Shown: one piece after another, positions 8,697 to 16,914 of the stretch
Position numbering within the stretch: position 1 is the stretch's first letter
Layout of the letters: every line of letters starts with the position of its first letter
NCBI GenBank assembly: GCA_018052565.1
Contig: JAGPNC010000003.1
Coordinates: 587-64,586, forward strand
Reading direction: 5' to 3'
Length of the DNA: 64,000 nucleotides
Source: Candidatus Shapirobacteria bacterium
GTDB taxonomy: Bacteria > Patescibacteriota > Microgenomatia > 0-14-0-10-38-17
Made by a program: the position numbers and the translations under genes
The notes under the pieces: generated by a model
What the model was told of the DNA's origin: nothing
What the model saw: the letters and a program-made list of their open reading frames with translations, nothing else
Databases searched by the model: none

Positions 8697-8830
8697 TTGA
8701 AAAGTTAAAAGTTAAAAATAAAATTCAAAATGCAAAAATCAAAGTTCAAAATTGCAAGTTAAAAATTGAAAGTTTTTACTCTACTTTTGAATTTTTTCAT
8801 TGTAAGTAATTTTGACTTTTGACTTTTTTA
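8697..8830. repeat. AT-rich palindromic k-mer spacer element (aaaagtYaaaagt family)
   Basis: Left arm aaaagttaaaagttaaaaat…caaaattgcaagttaaaaattgaaagt, mirrored by ttttgaatttt…ttttgacttttgactttt. Confidence 0.8.
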
Positions 8831-9026
8831 TTATACCCTCTTGCAAAAGATAATAAGATCTCTAATAATATATCATAAATATCCCTTAAGGTGCGGGCCA
8901 TTGTCATTTTGACGAGAAGGCCAAATTTTAAAAAACAGGGAAGACCCTAATTTTTGGGGAACGGTGCCGCCGCGGTGAAAGTCCGAAGACCTACCTTAAG
9001 GAAGCTGTCCCGGCCAGGACAAGATT

Positions 9027-10007
9027 ATGAATAAAGAAACTCTTGCTTGCGACCCTAACCGTTGGCAAAGCCAAACTGCCCCTTCCCAAATCGAAGCTGA
9101 GCTTGCCTTTTATGGCCTTGAGCACGGTCGCTCCCCCGAATATTTAGGCGCCAACGGTATTTTTGTTATCGGCTATTACTATCGCCTTTATCCCGAAAGA
9201 AATACCATTCACTCCTTTAACCCCCAAACGGGGAAAGAACTCAAAAAAGATGTTCGCGAGATGTTTGACGTGAGCACTCCGCGCGGCCGGCGGGAAAAGA
9301 AAGGCTTTGAAAAACTAACACGGCTTTTTTTTGAGGGAGATCCGGGAGATATTTTTGTTTGGCTAAGCCCGGCCGAAGAAAATCTTTATCCTTATCCTCG
9401 TCTTTATTTTGCCCAAAAGAAAGAGGCCAACCTTATCGAGGCATACGACTTAAACACCGATCTTAGTTTTGCCCAACTTAGAGAGCTTCTTTATCTTCTA
9501 AGCAAACAAGAAATTACGGCCCAAAATAGTGAGGAAATTCTTGGTTTCCCCCTACTGCTTCGGCAAGAAGGCCCCCAAATCATTTTTGAAAGTCTTAAGA
9601 AAGTCGGTGTCAAAGAACTCCATGGTGTCCCTCTTGATGTCGTGGAAAACCAATTCCGGGAAAAAGTTTGGGAAAAGCTTCTTTTGGAGAACCGTTCCCT
9701 TGCTTCTAAGGTTGCCACCGAAGTTTGGGAGAGCGTTGACCAGGAAAATTTTTATCAAGCAAGGCTGTGGGTGGCTTGGTACGAAGAAGCCATCAGAAAA
9801 CAGGGGGGATTCTTTGCTCCCCGATCAAGTTGCGGCGGCGCGTTAACCGCAAACTTTTCCCCAAAAGCGCCCTTTTATTACGGCCTGCCCATTTTCGGTT
9901 TGGAAATTACTCGTTCTCGAACTTGCCCTGTCTGCGGCTGGCCGCTTTTAAGCCCCGTTCCCGTTGGCGGTCATTGCCCCCATTGCGGCACCGAAAGGAA
10001 ATGTTAA
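9027..10007 (+). CDS. hypothetical protein with C-terminal CxxC…CxxC zinc-ribbon
   Basis: A clean 326-aa ORF with CPVCG…CPHCG at the C-terminus. Confidence 0.5.
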   Translation: MNKETLACDPNRWQSQTAPSQIEAELAFYGLEHGRSPEYLGANGIFVIGYYYRLYPERNTIHSFNPQTGKELKKDVREMFDVSTPRGRREKKGFEKLTRLFFEGDPGDIFVWLSPAEENLYPYPRLYFAQKKEANLIEAYDLNTDLSFAQLRELLYLLSKQEITAQNSEEILGFPLLLRQEGPQIIFESLKKVGVKELHGVPLDVVENQFREKVWEKLLLENRSLASKVATEVWESVDQENFYQARLWVAWYEEAIRKQGGFFAPRSSCGGALTANFSPKAPFYYGLPIFGLEITRSRTCPVCGWPLLSPVPVGGHCPHCGTERKC

Positions 10008-10016
10008 AATACCAAT

Positions 10017-10727
10017 ATGGGAAAGAAACCCTTCTTTTCGGTGATCATCCCCGCTTTTAATGAGGAAAAAACTATTGCCCAAACGCTGGAGTCTGTTTTA
10101 AAACAAGATTTTCCCCAAAACCAATACGAGATAATTGTGGTTAATAATAACTCCACCGACAAGACCGCTGCCATTGTTAAAAAATTCCCAAGTATTAAAT
10201 TAGTTAACGAACCAAAACGGGGGTATGTTTATGCCCTCACAAGAGGGGCGAAAGAAGCAAGGGGAGAGGTTCTCGCCTTTACGGACGCAGACACTGTCGT
10301 TCCTCCAGATTGGCTTAGCCGGTATCAGAAAGCCTACCAAAACCAAGGCGTGGTTTACGCCGGCGGCGGGGCTAATTTCCAGCCTAAATTTGGTTTTATC
10401 TTTCTGGTTCAGGAATTTCTTAATTTTTTTGGTTTTGTCACCAAAATTGCTTCGGGCTTTAACTTCTCTCTTCGCCGCTCTACCTACCAAAAAGTAGGCG
10501 GCTTTAACCCGCAAATTAATTTTCATGCCGACACCGATTTAGTCCTCCGCGCCAAAAAAGAAGGCAAGGCCGTTTTCCTTTCAAAAAATCGCGTCACTAC
10601 CTCCAGTCGTCATTACCGCGGCTTTAAAGGAATTGTCTATACGGTTAAGGGAATCGTCAACGCCATTTGGCTGTTCTTATTTAAAAAAACTCTTTTTTGG
10701 CATTTTGGCGAAGTCCGTTGTCTATAA
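10017..10727 (+). CDS. family 2 glycosyltransferase
   Basis: SVIIPAFNEE and DADT GT-A motifs. Confidence 0.75.
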   Translation: MGKKPFFSVIIPAFNEEKTIAQTLESVLKQDFPQNQYEIIVVNNNSTDKTAAIVKKFPSIKLVNEPKRGYVYALTRGAKEARGEVLAFTDADTVVPPDWLSRYQKAYQNQGVVYAGGGANFQPKFGFIFLVQEFLNFFGFVTKIASGFNFSLRRSTYQKVGGFNPQINFHADTDLVLRAKKEGKAVFLSKNRVTTSSRHYRGFKGIVYTVKGIVNAIWLFLFKKTLFWHFGEVRCL

Positions 10728-10742
10728 AGAATAATATTAAAA

Positions 10743-11123
10743 TTGCCAAAAAAAGGAAGAAATGCTAAACTAACAATAATGATGACCAAACTTCTAGCGC
10801 AAGTTGACATTGGCCAAGAAACTCATATTAATCCTACCCAGGGAATCGGCGAGGCTCCTCAATTTAAAAGCATCCTGGGGTTAATTTCTACCATTCTTCC
10901 AAATTTGTATATGGCCGCTGGGTTAATCCTGCTTTTTTTCTTGATTTTTGGCGGCGTTATGGTTATATTAGGAGCAGGCAAGGGCGAAAGCCAACAAGCC
11001 GAGCAAGGCAAGAAAATTATTACCAACACCTTAATTGGCTTTCTGGTTATTTTTCTAAGCTATTGGATTATCCGCCTCGTGGAAATTATCACCGGGGCAA
11101 GAATTTTTAAATCGGGTTTATAA
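10743..11123 (+). CDS. TrbC/VirB2-family pilin-like protein (paralog 1; the true start may be the internal Met near 10779)
   Basis: Two TM segments flank a G-A-G-K-G-E motif. The hydrophobic C-terminal helix is LIGFLVIFLSYWIIRLVE, as in the paralogs. Confidence 0.55.
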   Translation: MPKKGRNAKLTIMMTKLLAQVDIGQETHINPTQGIGEAPQFKSILGLISTILPNLYMAAGLILLFFLIFGGVMVILGAGKGESQQAEQGKKIITNTLIGFLVIFLSYWIIRLVEIITGARIFKSGL

Positions 11124-11129
11124 ATAACC

Positions 11130-11489
11130 ATGGACAAAAAAATAAAGCCGCTTTTAGCGGGAATTGTGGGAGAAATCACCCCCCCCATCACCAGTTACCC
11201 GGATATTGAGCAAGGAGGCCTGGGAAGCTTCTTAAATAACATTTTAAAGCTGGTTACCACGGTGGCAGGTCTTTTTGCCCTTTTTAACTTTATCATGGCC
11301 GGCTATGGGTATATGTCGGCCAACGGCGATGAGAAAAAAATCCAACAGGCTTGGGCAAAAATTTGGCAAAGTCTTTTGGGATTAGTCATTGTGGCCGCTT
11401 CTTTTTTAATTGCCGCTCTGGCCGGCTGGATTCTCTTTAAAGACCCAACCTTTATCATTAACCCAAAAATCTATGGGCCGGGGCAATAG
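11130..11489 (+). CDS. TrbC/VirB2-family pilin-like protein (paralog 2)
   Basis: MAGYGYMSANGDEKK…LLGLVIVAASF motif. Confidence 0.6.
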   Translation: MDKKIKPLLAGIVGEITPPITSYPDIEQGGLGSFLNNILKLVTTVAGLFALFNFIMAGYGYMSANGDEKKIQQAWAKIWQSLLGLVIVAASFLIAALAGWILFKDPTFIINPKIYGPGQ

Positions 11490-11499
11490 TAGGGCGTAA

Positions 11500-11760
11500 C
11501 TTTTAATAAGCAAGCGCAAGGCGCAGCTTGAAATGTCAAATCTCAGGTAGAAATGTCAAAACGGAAATCTCAAAACTCAAAACTACATGTCAAAACTCAA
11601 ATCTAGAAAACAATTTTCTTTAGAAAAGTTTTGCCATTTGACATGTAGATTTACCATTTAAGATTTGCGATTTGAGATTTTTTGCCATTTGCCATTTGAG
11701 ATTTCTACTCGAGTTTTGAGATTTTCCAAAAACTGAGTAATTTAGCAATTGAGCAATTTA
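11500..11760. repeat. AT-rich palindromic spacer element, variant k-mer (aaatgtcaaatctcaaaactc)
   Basis: Arms gaaatgtcaaatctcag…ctcaaaactcaaaac versus gttttgagattt…tttgccatttgagatttc. Confidence 0.8.
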
Positions 11761-12147
11761 GCCATCTATTCTGTGTTTAATAAAATTATCCTCGCCAAAA
11801 CGATAGAAATTGCCCCCAGCGGCGGTCTCGAGGGGCTAGGCCCAACCGCGCCCGCCACTCCGACGGAAGTAGGCGAAAGCACCGCCCATCTTGTCTCTGT
11901 TGTTATTGGCTTTTTCACCCTCGTCGCTGGTCTTTGGTTTCTTTACCAGCTTATTTCAGGAGGTTATGCTTATATGAGCGCCGGCGGCAATAAAGAAAAA
12001 GCGCAGACAGCTAGTCAAAAAATGAGTCAGGCCCTAATCGGGCTGGTAATTGTTGTTTTGGCCATTTTTATGATTAATCTTTTAGGCTACATTTTAGGCA
12101 TTGACTTTTTGAATATTGGTAAAGTGATCCAAAACCTAACTTTTTAA
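11749..12147 (+). CDS. TrbC/VirB2-family pilin-like protein (paralog 3)
   Basis: ISGGYAYMSAGGNKEKAQ…ALIGLVIVVLA. Confidence 0.65.
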   Translation: MSNLAIYSVFNKIILAKTIEIAPSGGLEGLGPTAPATPTEVGESTAHLVSVVIGFFTLVAGLWFLYQLISGGYAYMSAGGNKEKAQTASQKMSQALIGLVIVVLAIFMINLLGYILGIDFLNIGKVIQNLTF

Positions 12148-12160
12148 GTTATTAACTAAA

Positions 12161-12499
12161 ATGGATGCGACACAAAGCGGTAGAATTGGAAATCCAATTG
12201 TCCCTACCGGTCTCCAGCAGCCACCCGCAGGGGCCCCGGGCACTCTTGGCCACATCCTCTCCACCGCTATCGCGTTGGCCTTAATTGGCGCCAGCATTGT
12301 TTTCCTCTTTATTATCATCAGTAGTGGTATTTCCTATATGACCGCCGGGAGTGACAAAGAAAAAAAAGTGGCTGCTTCCGCCCGACTCACCAATGGTGTT
12401 ATCGGCCTAGCGGTCGTTTTTTTCATTTTTGCTATCGCTAAACTTTTCTCTTCCCTTTTTGGTGTTAACCTGCTAAAATTTACTATTCCTAAGCTTTAA
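12161..12499 (+). CDS. TrbC/VirB2-family pilin-like protein (paralog 4)
   Basis: SGISYMTAGSDKEKK…GVIGLAVVFFI. Confidence 0.65.
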   Translation: MDATQSGRIGNPIVPTGLQQPPAGAPGTLGHILSTAIALALIGASIVFLFIIISSGISYMTAGSDKEKKVAASARLTNGVIGLAVVFFIFAIAKLFSSLFGVNLLKFTIPKL

Positions 12500-12517
12500 T
12501 TTAAAAATAAAAAGGAG

Positions 12518-12880
12518 GTGAAAAAAATGTTTAACGTTCTTGCTGTGGCTGGGGAACCAACTATCGTAGTCAGCGCCCCAACGGGATGGGAAGGTCCCGG
12601 AGCCTTAACCGCCGGATCAATTATCAGCGGCGCGATCCAGTTAATATTAATCATCGCCGCTCTTATTTTTTTCTTTCTCTTAATTATCGGCGGTATTCGT
12701 TGGATGACGGCGGGGGGAGACAAGGAAAAAGCGGGCGGAGCGCGGGGTCAGTTGACCTCGGCCTTAATTGGCTTGGCCATTGTTTTTGCCGCCTGGGCTA
12801 TTATTCGTTTAATCGAAACCCTTTTTGGCGTCTCTATCATCAGTGGCTTTACTATTCCCTCTTTCGTGCCAAAACAATAA
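12518..12880 (+). CDS. TrbC/VirB2-family pilin-like protein (paralog 5)
   Basis: IGGIRWMTAGGDKEKAG…ALIGLAIVFAAW. An RBS-like aaaggaggtg precedes the ATG. Confidence 0.7.
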   Translation: MKKMFNVLAVAGEPTIVVSAPTGWEGPGALTAGSIISGAIQLILIIAALIFFFLLIIGGIRWMTAGGDKEKAGGARGQLTSALIGLAIVFAAWAIIRLIETLFGVSIISGFTIPSFVPKQ

Positions 12881-12894
12881 TTTTTAAGCCTAAG

Positions 12895-13269
12895 ATGTCT
12901 CTTAAAAAAGGAGAAGAGGAAGAAAAAAGAATGAGCCTGCTGGCGGCATCTATTACGGGATGGCAAACAAACCCCACCTATGTGGCGGAGGGGGATGTGC
13001 CAACTATTTATGGCCTCGAGGGGGTTGTGACTAATATCTTGAATATCATAATCTCTGTCGTAGGGGCGATCCTTTTGTTCACCCTAATTATGGGCGGGTT
13101 TCGGTATATTACCTCCGGCGGAGACAAAGAACAAACTGCCAAGGCCAAAAAAACTCTCACCTATGGCATTATTGGTCTCCTAGTAGTTATGGGCGCATGG
13201 TTGATTATCCGTCTTATCGAAGAATTTACAGGCTTAAATCTGCATATTTTTCAAATTCCAAAAATATAG
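12895..13269 (+). CDS. TrbC/VirB2-family pilin-like protein (paralog 6)
   Basis: MGGFRYITSGGDKEQTAKAKK…GIIGLLVVMGAW. I trimmed the ORF-track start (12586) to the first in-frame ATG after the upstream gene. Confidence 0.6.
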   Translation: MSLKKGEEEEKRMSLLAASITGWQTNPTYVAEGDVPTIYGLEGVVTNILNIIISVVGAILLFTLIMGGFRYITSGGDKEQTAKAKKTLTYGIIGLLVVMGAWLIIRLIEEFTGLNLHIFQIPKI

Positions 13270-13300
13270 ACACAAACAAAACTGAATTGATAAAAAGAAC

Positions 13301-15436
13301 ATGAAACTCAAGCAAGGGAAAAAGAGTCTTCTGAAAAGAAGAGCCTCTTTTTTCTTACTTCTTTTAATAACGCTTTTCTTGGCGGGGGCTTTTTTGCCAG
13401 AGAAAAAAATTGTCTTTTCTTACGATTACCGCAACGATAGTTCCCATCCCGATCTTAATCTAAATATCAGAAGATACGAACCAATTGATGGCACCAAAGG
13501 GCTCATCGATTTTTCTCATCCCGTTGACGACAAAGCCCCTCAGTTCACTAGCATCTTAGAAAACACCCCTTCCCCGGCAATTATTTCCTTATATCAGGTT
13601 TATAACTGGAGCTGGGAAACAAACTCTCGGGGTAACCTTTGGAAAAAACCCAGCGACGCCCCCGATGACTTTGCCACCCTAATCGGGTTGGAGACCAGCA
13701 ACGGGCAAAACGTTTTGCTCCCGGTATCCGGATATGATATTGGCGGTGGCAACGGGGCAATGGTTATTTATGCAAGCGCCGATAGCGTTACCCTTAAGTA
13801 TACCTGCGAAGACACGATCAGCACCGGTTATACTGTTTATCTTTCCGGTTTTAATGTTAGGCCGGAAGTGCAAAGCCTCTATAATCAGTTGAATCAACAG
13901 GGAAGAGTTTCCCTCCCCGCAGCGCCCGGAGGATATGTCTTGGGAACTGCCACCGGCAATCCTCTTTTAGTCGCGGTAGTTGACACCGGCTCTTTTCTTG
14001 ATCCTCGCTGGAAACGAGATTGGTGGCACGGCGGCGCTTCTTCGGCAAATCAAAGCGCCCAGCTATCTTTTATTAATGTCTGCGAAGTTGGCCTTATCTT
14101 GAAAGGAGCTAGCGACATCTGCTCTCAATTCGAAGTAAGAAGAGAAAGAACAGACAATATTAATAGTCCGTCTCCCATTTCTGAGGGAGAGGAAATAAGC
14201 CAAAGCGTTCTTAACGACGAAATCACCACCATTAACGATTTAATGCCAGATTTTTATTACACTCAAAAGATTATGGCGCAAGTCCTAAAAGGCCTTCTCC
14301 CCCAAGAGCTGGCCGAAAACATCCTTCTTCCCTTTCGCGGCGATGTTTATTTTACCCATTACGCCTGGGGAGAAGAAGCGGGAAACGGCGTGAGTAGCAG
14401 TAACAGTCAAAACAAATATCCCAAAGAAAAAATCTCTCTCACTGCGGAATGGCCACGTCTCGCCGGCGCCGCTCGCGGTCTTCTTTCTTTCTTTCCTCCC
14501 GACAAAAATCCCAACGCCCCCTTAAGCGAATTTAAATTTCGCCTGGAGGATACCGGCTATATAGAAACCGACCCTTATTACTATTGCCGAAAGGGCCAGG
14601 AGACAAAAAAGAAAGTAATGTCTGCGCCGATCGAACAGGATCCGGAATTAAGGCTAAATAATATCTTGGTTAAGGTTATTACCGGTTTCCTTGATTCCCT
14701 AAATAATATTTATTCATATTTTAGAAAAGAGGAAATTAAATATGAAGTCTTTACTATGGGCAGATTGCCCGCCGGAGAAGAAACAACTAAAAACGTTGTT
14801 GATAACGCCAATAAATTCTTGCCCTCTCAAGTAATTGATTCGATAGAAAACTCTTTTAAAAGCGCCCATGATAATGCCAGAGCTATTAAAACCACCTTTA
14901 ATTATAATATCCGCGATGGCGGCGGTGGCGTTAAACCGTCTTCGTTTTTCCTCCTGAATAACTTAAGAGCCCACCACTGCCTTCAGCTTTGTAGCCTCGT
15001 TCCCCCCGATAAAGATGTTTCCTCTCTCGATCCTCTCTGCGTATCCTGCGACCCTAATTACTACCAAACCTATGAGCCGGTGCCTGCTCCTAGAAACATC
15101 CAGAAACTTTGTGTTTGGGATGAACAGGCAGGAGGATGTGATTATTACGACCCCAATGGCGCTCCCAGTTGCAACGGCGATCCTATTTGCGAGGGAGGAA
15201 AATGTAACCCCAATGAATATTTGCTCTCTCCAGATTATGCCAATAATGGCTGTTCTCCGCCATATGGCGAGGGCAACGAGTGCACTAGCGTCTGTCATGT
15301 AGAAACTTTCTCTCCTAATCTTGACGGCACCGGTTACGGTCCTTGTCACTACCTTAACTCTAATGTTTGTGTTCGCAACGATGCCGGAGGCGATTGTAGC
15401 AAGCTTTGCAACTGGGCCTGCTGCGCTTACCAATAA
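13301..15436 (+). CDS. large secreted protein with cysteine-rich C-terminal region (T4SS-associated; possible surface/adhesin component)
   Basis: N-terminal signal/TM segment. The C-terminal 180 aa hold more than 25 Cys, with a GGGG-V motif. Confidence 0.5.
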   Translation: MKLKQGKKSLLKRRASFFLLLLITLFLAGAFLPEKKIVFSYDYRNDSSHPDLNLNIRRYEPIDGTKGLIDFSHPVDDKAPQFTSILENTPSPAIISLYQVYNWSWETNSRGNLWKKPSDAPDDFATLIGLETSNGQNVLLPVSGYDIGGGNGAMVIYASADSVTLKYTCEDTISTGYTVYLSGFNVRPEVQSLYNQLNQQGRVSLPAAPGGYVLGTATGNPLLVAVVDTGSFLDPRWKRDWWHGGASSANQSAQLSFINVCEVGLILKGASDICSQFEVRRERTDNINSPSPISEGEEISQSVLNDEITTINDLMPDFYYTQKIMAQVLKGLLPQELAENILLPFRGDVYFTHYAWGEEAGNGVSSSNSQNKYPKEKISLTAEWPRLAGAARGLLSFFPPDKNPNAPLSEFKFRLEDTGYIETDPYYYCRKGQETKKKVMSAPIEQDPELRLNNILVKVITGFLDSLNNIYSYFRKEEIKYEVFTMGRLPAGEETTKNVVDNANKFLPSQVIDSIENSFKSAHDNARAIKTTFNYNIRDGGGGVKPSSFFLLNNLRAHHCLQLCSLVPPDKDVSSLDPLCVSCDPNYYQTYEPVPAPRNIQKLCVWDEQAGGCDYYDPNGAPSCNGDPICEGGKCNPNEYLLSPDYANNGCSPPYGEGNECTSVCHVETFSPNLDGTGYGPCHYLNSNVCVRNDAGGDCSKLCNWACCAYQ

Positions 15437-15475
15437 AACTTGCTAAAATTAAATTAATGTGTCAGAATAAAGAGG

Positions 15476-16849
15476 ATGAAGAAAAAAATCTTTGAACTAA
15501 TTACTGCCAGTCTTTTCTTCCTTCTGATAAGCGCATCGCCGGCAGAGGCTTTTGTTTCCAGCACGCCCCTAGGCGAAGAGCTTAAGAAGCAAGAATATCA
15601 GGCGGGGAGTTCTGTTTTCAATACCACCAAGGATACTATTGAATCTCTTAATATCCTTATTCTCGGTTCTGGCGACGAAGAGTTGGACCAAAAATTAGGC
15701 GCCAGCGCCATACAGACGACTAATAATCTTATCGCTTCTTTGTATGCCAATCCCCCCGCTTCTTCCGCTTACTACTTAGCTGATATTGGCCAAAGACTTA
15801 ACCTCACCCAGCCGGCTTACGCGCAAGGCGTCGGCTTCCCGGGCCTCACTCCTCTTTTGCCTCTCTGGAGAGCCGCCCGCAATGCCGCCTATATTTTTTT
15901 CATTTTTGTTTTTCTGGTCATCGGCTTTGCCATTATGTTCCGGGCCAAGATTAACCCCCAAACCGTGGTCACCATCCAAAGCGCCATCCCCAAAGCGGTG
16001 GTGGCCTTAGTGTTGGTTACCTTTTCCTACGCTATTGCCGGGCTAATGATTGACCTGATGTATCTGATAATTGGGTTAATGGGTAGCCTCCTTGCCAACA
16101 GCGGCTTATTGACGGGAAATAATTTTCTAAATGAATATGTGGGGATGAATTTTTTTGAGATGATGGGCAAGCTCTTGAAAGAAGGAGAGAGTTCTTGGTG
16201 GTCTATTGCTTTTGGCGTGTGGGAAGGAATGGGAACAGGGAAAGTCGGAAGTAAAATTATTGGAGCGATCACCGGCGCCATTCCCGCTCTTATTTTGGGA
16301 TTAGTTTTGCTTCTTCTAACTTTCAAAATTTTCTTCGCTCTGCTTATGGCTTATATCCAAATAATCATTGCCATTGTCATTGCCCCTTTCCAACTTATGC
16401 TTTCGGCTATCCCCGGCCAAAACACGCTTTCCTCCTGGATGCGTAATTTAACCCAAAATCTTCTCGCTTTTCCCGGAGTAATCTCCGCCCTTGCCCTAGG
16501 AGGAATTCTTGCTAATCTTTCCGGGGACAACCTTTGGATGCCTCCAATTTTAGGGAGCTCAATTAATGCCGATGTCGTTGCCGGTATTCTGTCCTTAGGC
16601 GTTCTCTTGCTAACCGCCAAGATTCCTGACATGATCAAGAGTATGTTTGAGAAAAAGCCCTTTGCCGCCGGCGCGGCAATAGGAGAAGCATTAAAGCCAG
16701 CTAAGACAATGGGGAAAACCGTAGGACTCTATGGAGTAGAAACAGGAGCACAATATATAGAAGGGGCCGCTGAGGCCGCACATAGAACAACTGGTTTAGA
16801 CCTTGGAGCAACGCGAGTAATTAGACGAGTAACCGGACTGAAAAAATAA
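15476..16849 (+). CDS. polytopic membrane protein, VirB6/TrbL-like candidate
   Basis: Signal peptide plus at least 6 TM helices. The position in the T4SS-like cluster is the main argument; the family assignment is by architecture only. Confidence 0.4.
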   Translation: MKKKIFELITASLFFLLISASPAEAFVSSTPLGEELKKQEYQAGSSVFNTTKDTIESLNILILGSGDEELDQKLGASAIQTTNNLIASLYANPPASSAYYLADIGQRLNLTQPAYAQGVGFPGLTPLLPLWRAARNAAYIFFIFVFLVIGFAIMFRAKINPQTVVTIQSAIPKAVVALVLVTFSYAIAGLMIDLMYLIIGLMGSLLANSGLLTGNNFLNEYVGMNFFEMMGKLLKEGESSWWSIAFGVWEGMGTGKVGSKIIGAITGAIPALILGLVLLLLTFKIFFALLMAYIQIIIAIVIAPFQLMLSAIPGQNTLSSWMRNLTQNLLAFPGVISALALGGILANLSGDNLWMPPILGSSINADVVAGILSLGVLLLTAKIPDMIKSMFEKKPFAAGAAIGEALKPAKTMGKTVGLYGVETGAQYIEGAAEAAHRTTGLDLGATRVIRRVTGLKK

Positions 16850-16914
16850 TCTTTTTCTTTCTATCTAAGACTTCAAAATCCCTACGTCTGATAATTTGAT
16901 ACCCTATATTCAAT

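Noticed and set aside
8697-8830. CRISPR array suspicion from the repetitive aaaagttaaaagt spacers here and at about 14 other loci
   Set aside because: The repeats are degenerate, have no fixed unit or spacer periodicity, and form mirror-image palindromes. They are not direct repeats with unique spacers, and no cas genes are adjacent.
8930-9026. SRP RNA or RNase P RNA
   Set aside because: It lacks the SRP domain IV GGAA-tetraloop motif (…GUCCGGAAGGAAGCAGC…) and the RNase P P4 motif AGGAAAGUCCGGGCUCC. I kept it only as a weak riboswitch-like candidate.
12586-12894. N-terminal 103 codons of ORF 12586-13269
   Set aside because: This is an open-frame extension running through the preceding pilin gene in another frame. 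The real CDS most likely starts at the ATG at 12895, or at 12931.
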